DNA of 64,000 nucleotides from Alphaproteobacteria bacterium (GTDB taxonomy: Bacteria; Pseudomonadota; Alphaproteobacteria; UBA828): contig CAXXMU010000001.1 in NCBI GenBank assembly GCA_963667785.2, forward strand, positions 192,001 through 256,000, read 5' to 3'. The position numbers and the translations under genes were made by a program. Shown here in pieces: positions 56,357 through 64,000 of this stretch; positions within the stretch are counted from its first letter, which is position 1, and each line of letters starts with the position of its first letter. The notes under the pieces are model-generated. The model had not been told where the DNA came from, did not search any database, and saw only the letters and a list, made by a program, of their open reading frames with translations.

Positions 56357-57286
56357 CTAGGCCTCTCTCTCTCGTTGGGCCTGCTGGTGGCGCTGGAACA
56401 GCACGATGGGCACGATCAGCACCAGCAGCAGGATCACGGCCACCGCAGAGGCCACCGGCCAGTCGCGGTTGCTGAAGAACTCGGTCCAGAGCGTCCGCCC
56501 GATCATCAGCGTGCCGGAGCCGCCGAGCAGGTCGGGGATCACGAACTCGCCGACCGCCGGGATGAACACCAGGAAGCAGCCGGCGACGATGCCGGGCCTC
56601 GCCAGCGGCACGGTGATCTTCCAGAAGGCACCGGCGGGCCGGCAGCCGAGATCGGCCGCGGCCTCCAGCAGCGAGCGGTCCATCCGCACCAGGTTGGCGT
56701 AGAGCGGCAGCACCATGAACGGCAGGTACGAGTAGACGATGCCGATATAGACCGCGATGTCGGTGTTGAGGATGACCAGCGGCCGGTCGATCACGCCGAT
56801 CCAGCGCAGGACCCCGTTGAGCATGCCCTCGTTCTTGAGGATCCCGATCCAGGCGTAGACCCGGATCAGGAAGGAGGTCCAGAAGGGCAGGATGACCAGC
56901 ATCACCAGGCTCGCCTGCCAGGCGCGCGGCGCGCGGGCCATGGCATAGGCGAGCGGGAAGCCGACCAGCAGCGTGAGGAGGGTCGAGATGGCAGCGATCT
57001 TGAGGCTGTTCGCGTAGGCGCGGATGTAGAGGCTGTCCTCGATCAGGAGCCGGTAGTTGTCGCCGACGGCGAAGAGCTCTAGGGAGCCGCCCTCGGGCCA
57101 AGCGAAGAGCGGCGTGTAGGGCGGTATCGCGAGCCTGACCTCGGCCACGCTGATCTTCAGCACGATGGCGAACGGAACGAGGAAGAAGATCAGCAGCCAG
57201 AGATAGGGGCTCGCGATCACCGAGCCGCGCCCGATCAACCCCCATCCCGCGCGCGCCGGCTTGCGGCGGTCGCGTTCGCTGCTCAT
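56357..57286 (-). CDS. potH: Putrescine ABC permease
   Basis: PFWTSFLIRVYAW, EAAADLG. Confidence 0.88.
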   Translation of the reverse strand: MSSERDRRKPARAGWGLIGRGSVIASPYLWLLIFFLVPFAIVLKISVAEVRLAIPPYTPLFAWPEGGSLELFAVGDNYRLLIEDSLYIRAYANSLKIAAISTLLTLLVGFPLAYAMARAPRAWQASLVMLVILPFWTSFLIRVYAWIGILKNEGMLNGVLRWIGVIDRPLVILNTDIAVYIGIVYSYLPFMVLPLYANLVRMDRSLLEAAADLGCRPAGAFWKITVPLARPGIVAGCFLVFIPAVGEFVIPDLLGGSGTLMIGRTLWTEFFSNRDWPVASAVAVILLLVLIVPIVLFQRHQQAQREREA

Positions 57287-58431
57287 GCGCGGAGCAGGAT
57301 GCTCGCCTCGACCGGCCAGGAGAGGTGAACGCGCGCGCCCCGGCCGATGGCCTCGCCGCCGTGACGGAGGCGGTTGGTCTGGGTGGAGACGACCGTCTTG
57401 CCGCTGTCGAGGCGCACGCGATAGGTCGACGTGCTCCCCAGATAGGCGATCTCGGTCACCTGGCCCGCGATCACGTTCACGGTGCCGGGCGGCGGCGGCG
57501 CGGACGCGATCTCGATCTTCTCCGGCCGCACCGCGAGCAGCACCGTGTCGCCCGCAGCCGGACCGTCTGCGCGGGCGGGTGCCGCGAGCCCGCAAGGCGC
57601 CTCCGCGAGCGCCACCGCGAGGTCGCCTCCGTTCACGGCCTGCGCCCTGCCCTCGAAGATGTTCACGTCGCCGATGAACTCGGCCACGTAGCGCGAGCGC
57701 GGCGCCTCGTAGATCGCGGCCGGCGTATCGACCTGGGCGATGCGGCCTTCCTCCATGACCGCGATGCGGTCGGCGACGGTCATCGCCTCGTCCTGATCGT
57801 GGGTCACGATCACGAAGGTGATGCCGACCCGCTGCTGGATCTCCATGAGCTCGAACTGGGTCTGCTCGCGGAGCTTCTTGTCGAGCGCAGCCAGCGGCTC
57901 GTCGAGCAGCAGCAGCTTGGGACGCTTGACCAGGCTGCGGGCGAGCGCCACCCGCTGGCGCTGCCCGCCGGAAAGCTGGTGCGGCTTGCGCCGCGCGAGC
58001 GGGGAAAGCTCCACCAGCGCCAGCGCCTCCGCCACCCGGGCGGCGATCTCGGCCCGCGGCACCCGGTCCTGACGGAGGCCGAAGGCGACGTTGCCGGCCA
58101 CCGTCATGTGGGGGAAGAGGGCATAGGACTGGAACATCATGTTGACCGGCCGCCGGTAGGGCGGCAGCGCGGCGAGGTCCACGCCGTCGAGCAGGATAGC
58201 GCCGCCGCTCGGCGTCTCGAAGCCGGCCAGCATGCGGAGCAGCGTCGTCTTGCCGCAGCCGGACGGCCCGAGCAGGGCGAAGAACTCACCGCGCGCGATG
58301 TCGAGCGAAACGTCGTCGACCGCGACGACGGCGCCGAAATGCTTGCTGACGCCTTCGATGCGGAGGAACGCGTCCCCGTTGCCGGGGGCGAGCGGAGCCT
58401 CTCCCCCGGCGTCCTGCGTTCTCCCGCTCAC
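57283..58431 (-). CDS. potG: Putrescine ABC ATPase
   Basis: GPSGCGKT, RPVNMMFQSYALFPH, LSGGQ. Confidence 0.88.
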   Translation of the reverse strand: MSGRTQDAGGEAPLAPGNGDAFLRIEGVSKHFGAVVAVDDVSLDIARGEFFALLGPSGCGKTTLLRMLAGFETPSGGAILLDGVDLAALPPYRRPVNMMFQSYALFPHMTVAGNVAFGLRQDRVPRAEIAARVAEALALVELSPLARRKPHQLSGGQRQRVALARSLVKRPKLLLLDEPLAALDKKLREQTQFELMEIQQRVGITFVIVTHDQDEAMTVADRIAVMEEGRIAQVDTPAAIYEAPRSRYVAEFIGDVNIFEGRAQAVNGGDLAVALAEAPCGLAAPARADGPAAGDTVLLAVRPEKIEIASAPPPPGTVNVIAGQVTEIAYLGSTSTYRVRLDSGKTVVSTQTNRLRHGGEAIGRGARVHLSWPVEASILLRA

Positions 58432-58475
58432 GAGCGCCGCGCCCGCGGGCGCCCGTGCGGCGTCTGTGCCTCGGC

Positions 58476-59573
58476 CTATTCCGCGCCCTTGATACGGGTC
58501 CAGAGCCTCGTGATGAAGCGCTGCACCTTGGGCGGGTAGGGGTTCGTCACGTAGAGCCCCTTCCGCGCCTCCTCGGTCGGGTAGATGCCGGGATCCTCGG
58601 TGATCTCGGCGTCCAGCAGCGGCGTCGAGGCGGCGTTGCCGTTGGCGTAGTAGACGTAGTTGGAGGCCTTGGCGATCACCTCGGGCCGCATGATGTAGTC
58701 GAGGAAGGTGTGCGCGTTACCGGGATGCGGCGCATCGGCCGGAATCGCCATCATGTCGAACCACGTCAGCGCGCCCTCGTCCGGGATCACGTAGGCGATC
58801 TCGACGTCGTTCTCGGCCTCCCAGGCGCGGTCGCGGGCCTGCAGCATGTCGCCCGACCAGCCCATGGTGAGGCAGATGTCGCCGTTGGCGAGATCGTTGA
58901 TCTGGGCCGAGTTGTGGAAGCGGCGGATGTGGGGCCGGACCGCCAGCAGCACCGGCTCGACCTTGGCGATCACGTCGGTGTCGTGGCTGTTGGGGTCCTC
59001 GCCGATGAAGTTGAGCACGGCCGGGACCACCTCGTCCGGCTCGTCCATCATGTAGACCCCGCAATCGGCGAACTTGGAGACCACGTCAGGGTCGAAGAGC
59101 ATGCGCCAGGAGCCGGTGGGCGCCTCGGGCGCGCGCTCGGCGATCTTCGCGGTGTTGTAACCGAAGCCCGTGGTGCCCCACATGTAGTTGATGGCGTAGC
59201 CGTTGCCCGGGTCCCACTGGCTCACGACCGCCATGATGGTCTCGTCCAGGTTGCCGAGGTTGGCGAGCTTGCCCTTGTCGAGGGGCTGGAAGATGCCCGC
59301 CTGGATCTGGCGCGCGAGGAAGGTCCCGCTGGGCACCACCACGTCGTAGCCGGTGCTGCCGGTGAGCAGCTTGGTCTCGAGGATGTTGTTGGAATCGAAG
59401 ACGTCGTAGACGACCTTGATGCCGGTCTCGGCCTCGAACTCGGTGAGGATCTCCTCGTCGATGTAGTCGGACCAGTTGTAGACGTTGACCACCGCCTCCT
59501 CCTCGGCGAAGGCTGTGGTCGTGGCCAGGAGCGCCGCGGCGGCGACTCCGGCGGCAAACGGCATTTTCGTCAT
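58476..59573 (-). CDS. potF: Putrescine-binding periplasmic protein
   Basis: YNWSDYI, YD.FDSN, WSGD. Confidence 0.88.
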   Translation of the reverse strand: MTKMPFAAGVAAAALLATTTAFAEEEAVVNVYNWSDYIDEEILTEFEAETGIKVVYDVFDSNNILETKLLTGSTGYDVVVPSGTFLARQIQAGIFQPLDKGKLANLGNLDETIMAVVSQWDPGNGYAINYMWGTTGFGYNTAKIAERAPEAPTGSWRMLFDPDVVSKFADCGVYMMDEPDEVVPAVLNFIGEDPNSHDTDVIAKVEPVLLAVRPHIRRFHNSAQINDLANGDICLTMGWSGDMLQARDRAWEAENDVEIAYVIPDEGALTWFDMMAIPADAPHPGNAHTFLDYIMRPEVIAKASNYVYYANGNAASTPLLDAEITEDPGIYPTEEARKGLYVTNPYPPKVQRFITRLWTRIKGAE

Positions 59574-59704
59574 GGTGCTTGTCCTCCCTTGCCCGGCCTT
59601 GTCAGCGGGCCGTGGTGGCGTTCGGTCGATTCAGGCGCTTCGCGGCGCCCCTGTCAACGCGCCGTGCCGTGTCGTCGCGGTGCGCCGGCCCGGCACGGGG
59701 CCTC

Positions 59705-60499
59705 TCATCGGGCGAAACTCACGCTGGCCTCGCCGAGGCCGGCGATCGCGACCCGGACGATATCGCCCGGCTCCACCCACTTGGTCTCGACGACGCTGCC
59801 GGTCAGCACCACGTCGCCGGCCGCGAGCGGGCGCCCCCTTTCGGCGGCGTGGTTCGCGAGCCAGGTCAGCGCCTCGAAGGGATGGCCCATCACGTCGGCG
59901 CCGGTGCCGGCACCCACGGTCTCGCCGTTGATCGCCATCGTGCCCGCTACCGCCGCGAGGTCGAGGCCGCGCCACGCGGAGACCGGCGGGCCGAGCACGG
60001 CGCCGGCGCTGAAGAAGTCGTCCGCAATCAGCGTCGGCGTGTCGAGCGCGCGGAAGTCGTCATAGCGGTCGTCCACGATCTCGATGGCCGCCATGCAGGC
60101 GCCGACCGCATCTGCCACGGCAGCGCGGTCGAAGGGCGCCTCCGCCCCGGCCAGCGGACGGGCGAGGCGCACCGCGATCTCGCACTCGACGCCGGGCCGC
60201 CAGTGGTCGGCGTGCGCTACCGTCGCAGGTGAGGCGTACGTCCGGTCCTCGTAGAGGGCGCCGGCGCAGGGATGGGCGATCTCCAGATAGCGCTGCATCA
60301 CCGGCGTGGTGCAGCCGATCTTGCGGCCGCAAACGGGGCCGTGCGTGTCGCCGAGGCGCTCGTTGAGCGCGGCCTGCACGGCGTAGGCCTCCGCGAGCGA
60401 GGCGGGCCGGCAATCCTCGGGCAGCACGGCGATCCGCTGCCGGCGGTGCCGCGCGGCGGCGTAGAGCGCGACCGCCTGATCGACGGCGAGCGGAGTCAC
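59705..60499 (-). CDS. 2-keto-4-pentenoate hydratase-like (FAH family)
   Basis: G.KIG.T, ECE, AIEIVD.R, GHP..AL.WLAN, LTGS. Confidence 0.85.
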   Translation of the reverse strand: MTPLAVDQAVALYAAARHRRQRIAVLPEDCRPASLAEAYAVQAALNERLGDTHGPVCGRKIGCTTPVMQRYLEIAHPCAGALYEDRTYASPATVAHADHWRPGVECEIAVRLARPLAGAEAPFDRAAVADAVGACMAAIEIVDDRYDDFRALDTPTLIADDFFSAGAVLGPPVSAWRGLDLAAVAGTMAINGETVGAGTGADVMGHPFEALTWLANHAAERGRPLAAGDVVLTGSVVETKWVEPGDIVRVAIAGLGEASVSFAR

Positions 60500-60515
60500 C
60501 CGGCGCCTGCCGCCG

Positions 60516-61463
60516 TCACGCGGCGTCCACCCGCTCGTTCAAGGCCTCGACCGCCGGCTGCACCTCCTCGATCAGGCGCCGCGTCTGGTCGAGGATGTCG
60601 TCGTCGCCGCCGCCGACGGGCCAGAGGACGAACTTCGACGCGCCGGCCGCGACGAATTCCTCGATGCGCCGCATGATGTCGGCAGCGTCGCCCGCGACGA
60701 TGCCGCCTTTCGGATCGCGCTGGAAGCGCGCAGCGTAGGTTTCGGCCATCCGCTGCATCAGCGGCTCGTCCCAGCCGCCGAAGCGGACGTGGAAGCTCGC
60801 GCCGTAATGGTCGGCGTCGATGCGCCGCCCGGTCTCTGCCAGCGCCGCCTTGATCCCGGCGATTGCCGGCGCCACCTGCTCCGGCGTCTCCAGCCCGGCG
60901 ATCCAGCCCGTGCCGGTGCGCGCCGTGCGCCGGATCGCCGCCTTGCTCGAGCCGCCGAGCCAGAGCGGCAGCTCCTTCTGCACCGGCTTCGGCATGATCG
61001 TTGCGCCGCGATAGCAGTAGAACTCGCCCTCGAAGTCGACCGAGTCCTCGGTCCAGAGCCGGGCGATGATCTCCAGCCCCTCGTCGGTGCGCCTGCCCCG
61101 GCCCGCCGTCTCCGTGCCGGTGGCGGCCCAGTCCGGCGCGCGGATCGCGCCGATGCCGAAGGCGGGCAGCAGGCGGCCTTCGCTCAGCACGTCGATGGTC
61201 GCGCACTGCTTGGCCAGCAGCAGCGGGTCGCGCAGCCCGACCGAAGCGACGTTCATGCCGAATTTGATGCGCTCGGTCCGGCCGGCGAGCGCGGCCATCA
61301 CGCTCATCACCTCGAGGAAGGGTTCCTCGGAGACGAGGCGGTCGGTCTGCCACAGCGAATCGACTCCGCCCTCCTCGCAGAGGTCGACCCAGCGCCAGAA
61401 GGCGCCCGCGCCCGAGAACGGGAACGCATTGAGCCCGAGGCCGACGGCGATGGACAGCGTCAC
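60516..61463 (-). CDS. LLM-class flavin-dependent oxidoreductase
   Basis: ATIDVLS.GR, PKPVQ..LPLWLGG. Confidence 0.88.
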   Translation of the reverse strand: MTLSIAVGLGLNAFPFSGAGAFWRWVDLCEEGGVDSLWQTDRLVSEEPFLEVMSVMAALAGRTERIKFGMNVASVGLRDPLLLAKQCATIDVLSEGRLLPAFGIGAIRAPDWAATGTETAGRGRRTDEGLEIIARLWTEDSVDFEGEFYCYRGATIMPKPVQKELPLWLGGSSKAAIRRTARTGTGWIAGLETPEQVAPAIAGIKAALAETGRRIDADHYGASFHVRFGGWDEPLMQRMAETYAARFQRDPKGGIVAGDAADIMRRIEEFVAAGASKFVLWPVGGGDDDILDQTRRLIEEVQPAVEALNERVDAA

Positions 61464-61604
61464 CTCCCTCTTTACGGCTGCGCATGCCCCGCCGCGCCCG
61501 GCGGGGACCGGTCATTTCTACGCGCAGCAACGGGCAGCGTCCAGACGGGCGGCCGCCGCCGGTCGCATCGCGCGTGCCCGGTGGGAGGCGGGGAGGGGCC
61601 GGCG

Positions 61605-61633
61605 TTGACAGCATTTTGGGCCGGCCCTAGTGT
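61605..61633 (+). promoter_or_regulatory. sigma70 promoter of etfBA
   Basis: TTGACA-N17-TAGTGT. Confidence 0.65.
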
Positions 61634-61706
61634 GCGGCCGCGCGCGCGGCGGGGTGTCCGCGGCGGTGCGAAGGCAGCCTCTCCGTTTCGCCCGGTGGGA
61701 ACGTCC

Positions 61707-62459
61707 ATGAAGGTTCTGGTCGCGGTCAAGCGCACGATCGACCCCAACGTGAAGGTGCGGGTGAAATCTGACCGGACCGGCGTCGAGACCGCGAACGTCA
61801 AGATGGCGATGAATCCCTTCTGCGAGATCGCGGTGGAGGAAGCCGTGCGCATGAAGGAGAACGGCCCGGCGGACGAGGTGGTCGCGGTCTCGGCCGGCGC
61901 CGACAAGGTGCAGGAGACGCTGCGGACGGCGCTTGCCATGGGCGCGGACCGCGCCGTCCATATCGTCACCGAGGCGGAGCTGCAGCCGCTTGCGGTCGCC
62001 CGTCTGCTCAAGGTGATCGTCGAGGAGGAGCAGCCCGGCCTGGTCATCACGGGCAAGCAGGCCATCGACGACGACAGCAACCAGACCGGCCAGATGCTGG
62101 CGGCGCTGCTCGGCTGGCCGCAGGCGACCTTCGCCTCCGAGATCCAGTTCAAGGACGGGACCGCCGACGTGACCCGCGAGATCGACGGCGGGCTCGAGAC
62201 CCTCAACGTCAACCTGCCGGCGGTGATCACCACGGACCTGCGGCTCAACGAGCCGCGCTACGCCTCGCTCCCCAACATCATGAAGGCCAAGAAGAAGCCG
62301 ATCGACCGGCGCGAGGCGGACGAGTTGGGGGTGGACATCAGCCCGCGCCTCGCGGTGCACGCGGTCGACGAGCCGCCCAAGCGCGAGGCGGGGATCAAGG
62401 TGGCCGACGTCGCCGAGCTCGTCGCCAAGCTGCGCGACGATGCCAAGGTGATCGGGTGA
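61707..62459 (+). CDS. etfB: Electron transfer flavoprotein beta subunit
   Basis: [33 protein letters not shown]. Confidence 0.95.
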   Translation: MKVLVAVKRTIDPNVKVRVKSDRTGVETANVKMAMNPFCEIAVEEAVRMKENGPADEVVAVSAGADKVQETLRTALAMGADRAVHIVTEAELQPLAVARLLKVIVEEEQPGLVITGKQAIDDDSNQTGQMLAALLGWPQATFASEIQFKDGTADVTREIDGGLETLNVNLPAVITTDLRLNEPRYASLPNIMKAKKKPIDRREADELGVDISPRLAVHAVDEPPKREAGIKVADVAELVAKLRDDAKVIG

Positions 62460-62469
62460 GGGCCGGCGG

Positions 62470-63423
62470 ATGAGCGTCCTCGTCATCGCCGAGCACGACA
62501 ACGCCGAGCTGAAGCGGCCCAGCCTCAACGCGGTGACGGCCGCGGCCGCGCTGGGCGGCGAGGTCCACGTGCTGGTCGCGGGCTCGGGCGCAGGCCCGGT
62601 GGCGGAGGTTGCGGCGCGGGTTTCCGGCGTCGACAAGGTGCTGCACGCCGACGATGCCGCCTACGAGCACGGCCTTGCCGAGAACCTCGCGCCGCTGGTC
62701 ACCGGCCTGGCCGGGGACTACGGCCACCTGGTCGCCGCCGCCACCACCTTCGGCAAGAACGTGATGCCGCGCGTCGCCGCGCTGCTCGACGTGGCCCAGG
62801 TCTCCGACATCATCGAGATCGTCTCGGACAGCGTCTTCGTGCGCCCCACCCATGCGGGCAACGCGCTCGCCAGGGTCGAGAGCGGCGATGCCGTGAAGGT
62901 GGTGACCGTGCGCACCACCGCGTTCGACGTGGCCCCCGCCGAAGGCGGCAGCGCCGCGATCGAGGCGGTGGCCTGCGCCGGCGACCAGGGGCTGGTGCGC
63001 TTCGTGCGCCATGAGCTGAGCAAGTCGGACCGGCCGGAGCTCACCAGCGCCGGAATCGTGATTTCGGGCGGACGCGGCATGCAGAGCGGCGAGAACTTCC
63101 CGCTGATCGAGGCGGTGGCGGATCGGCTCGGCGCTGCCGTCGGTGCCTCGCGGGCCGCCGTCGACGCCGGCTACGTGCCCAACGACTTCCAGGTGGGCCA
63201 GACCGGCAAGGTCGTGGCGCCCGATCTCTACATCGCGGTCGGGATTTCCGGTGCGATCCAGCATCTCGCCGGGATGAAGGACAGTCGGGTCATCTGCGCC
63301 ATCAACAAGGACGAGGAGGCGCCCATCTTCCAGATCGCCGACTTCGGCCTCGTGGCGGATCTGTTCAAGGCCTTGCCGGCGCTCGCCGAAGAGCTCGACC
63401 GCCAGGGCCTCTCGAAGGCCTGA
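62470..63423 (+). CDS. etfA: Electron transfer flavoprotein alpha subunit
   Basis: [30 protein letters not shown]. Confidence 0.95.
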   Translation: MSVLVIAEHDNAELKRPSLNAVTAAAALGGEVHVLVAGSGAGPVAEVAARVSGVDKVLHADDAAYEHGLAENLAPLVTGLAGDYGHLVAAATTFGKNVMPRVAALLDVAQVSDIIEIVSDSVFVRPTHAGNALARVESGDAVKVVTVRTTAFDVAPAEGGSAAIEAVACAGDQGLVRFVRHELSKSDRPELTSAGIVISGGRGMQSGENFPLIEAVADRLGAAVGASRAAVDAGYVPNDFQVGQTGKVVAPDLYIAVGISGAIQHLAGMKDSRVICAINKDEEAPIFQIADFGLVADLFKALPALAEELDRQGLSKA

Positions 63424-63432
63424 TACGCCGTC

Positions 63433-64000
63433 ATGGTGAAATCGATCGCGATCATAGGAGCGGGCCGCATGGGGAGCGGCATCGCCCATGTCGCCGCGCT
63501 CGCGGAATACGACGTGATGCTGACCGATCTCGGCCAGGCCGAGATCGATGCGGCGATGGAGACGATCCGCACCAATCTGGGCCGCCAGGCGCGCAAGGGG
63601 GCGATCAGCGAGGAGCAGCAGGCCGCCGCGCTGCAGCGGATCGGGACCGCGGTCGGACTCGATGCGGTCAAGGGCGCAGACCTCATCATCGAGGCCGTCG
63701 TCGAGGACGAGGCGGTCAAGAAGTCCGTCTTCGCCGAACTCAGGGGTGAGCTGCCCGCGCACACCATCATCTGCACCAACAGCTCCTCGCTCCCGGTCAC
63801 CCGTCTCGCCGTGAGCACGGACCGGCCCGGCAAGTTCATGGGCATGCACTTCATGAACCCGGTGCCAATGATGGAGCTGGTGGAGCTGGTGCGCGGCATC
63901 GCCACCGAGGAGGAGACCTACGAGACCGCGCGCGAGGTCACCGTGCGCATGGGCAAGACCGCCGCCATGGCCGAGGACTTTCCGGCCTTCATCGTGAACC
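63433..64000 (+). CDS. 3-hydroxybutyryl-CoA dehydrogenase (5' part, truncated by the window edge)
   Basis: [32 protein letters not shown]. Confidence 0.9.
   Translation, partial: MVKSIAIIGAGRMGSGIAHVAALAEYDVMLTDLGQAEIDAAMETIRTNLGRQARKGAISEEQQAAALQRIGTAVGLDAVKGADLIIEAVVEDEAVKKSVFAELRGELPAHTIICTNSSSLPVTRLAVSTDRPGKFMGMHFMNPVPMMELVELVRGIATEEETYETAREVTVRMGKTAAMAEDFPAFIVN

Overview
High-GC window, probably from an alphaproteobacterium (GcrA homologue, alpha-type REP element, etfBA-hbd synteny). Bases 1 to ~21,279 are the right-hand part of a Mu-like transposable prophage. It contains the 5' end of a leftward head-protease-like gene, a Dam-type methyltransferase, morons, a CI/Cro switch with three TTGG-N8-CCAA operators, MuA/MuB, GcrA- and DnaA-domain proteins, Gam, GemA, Mor, lysis genes, terminase, portal and a MuF protein with a C-terminal nuclease-like extension, and it ends in a repeat-rich ...ACA terminus. 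Unlike Mu, the late genes appear split into two divergent arms, each behind the same 24-26 bp perfect palindrome. Two antisense sigma70-like promoters (TCGACG-N17-GATAAT and TCGACG-N17-TATAGT) could drive structured small RNAs. One is a 74-nt cloverleaf ending in CCA that converges on the MuF nuclease gene, the best candidate here for an undescribed toxin/RNA-decoy system. A third, symmetrically varied copy of the late-promoter palindrome, together with phage-end-like repeat arrays, lies orphaned in host DNA at ~35 kb next to a vapBC pair. The rest is host metabolism: an amide-hydrolase cluster, a divergent urease operon with an altered substrate pocket, a LarA-like enzyme, a sugar ABC transporter, puuA/puuB/potFGHI, and etfBA-hbd. 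All assignments were made by eye from motifs; no database searches or folding programs were run.
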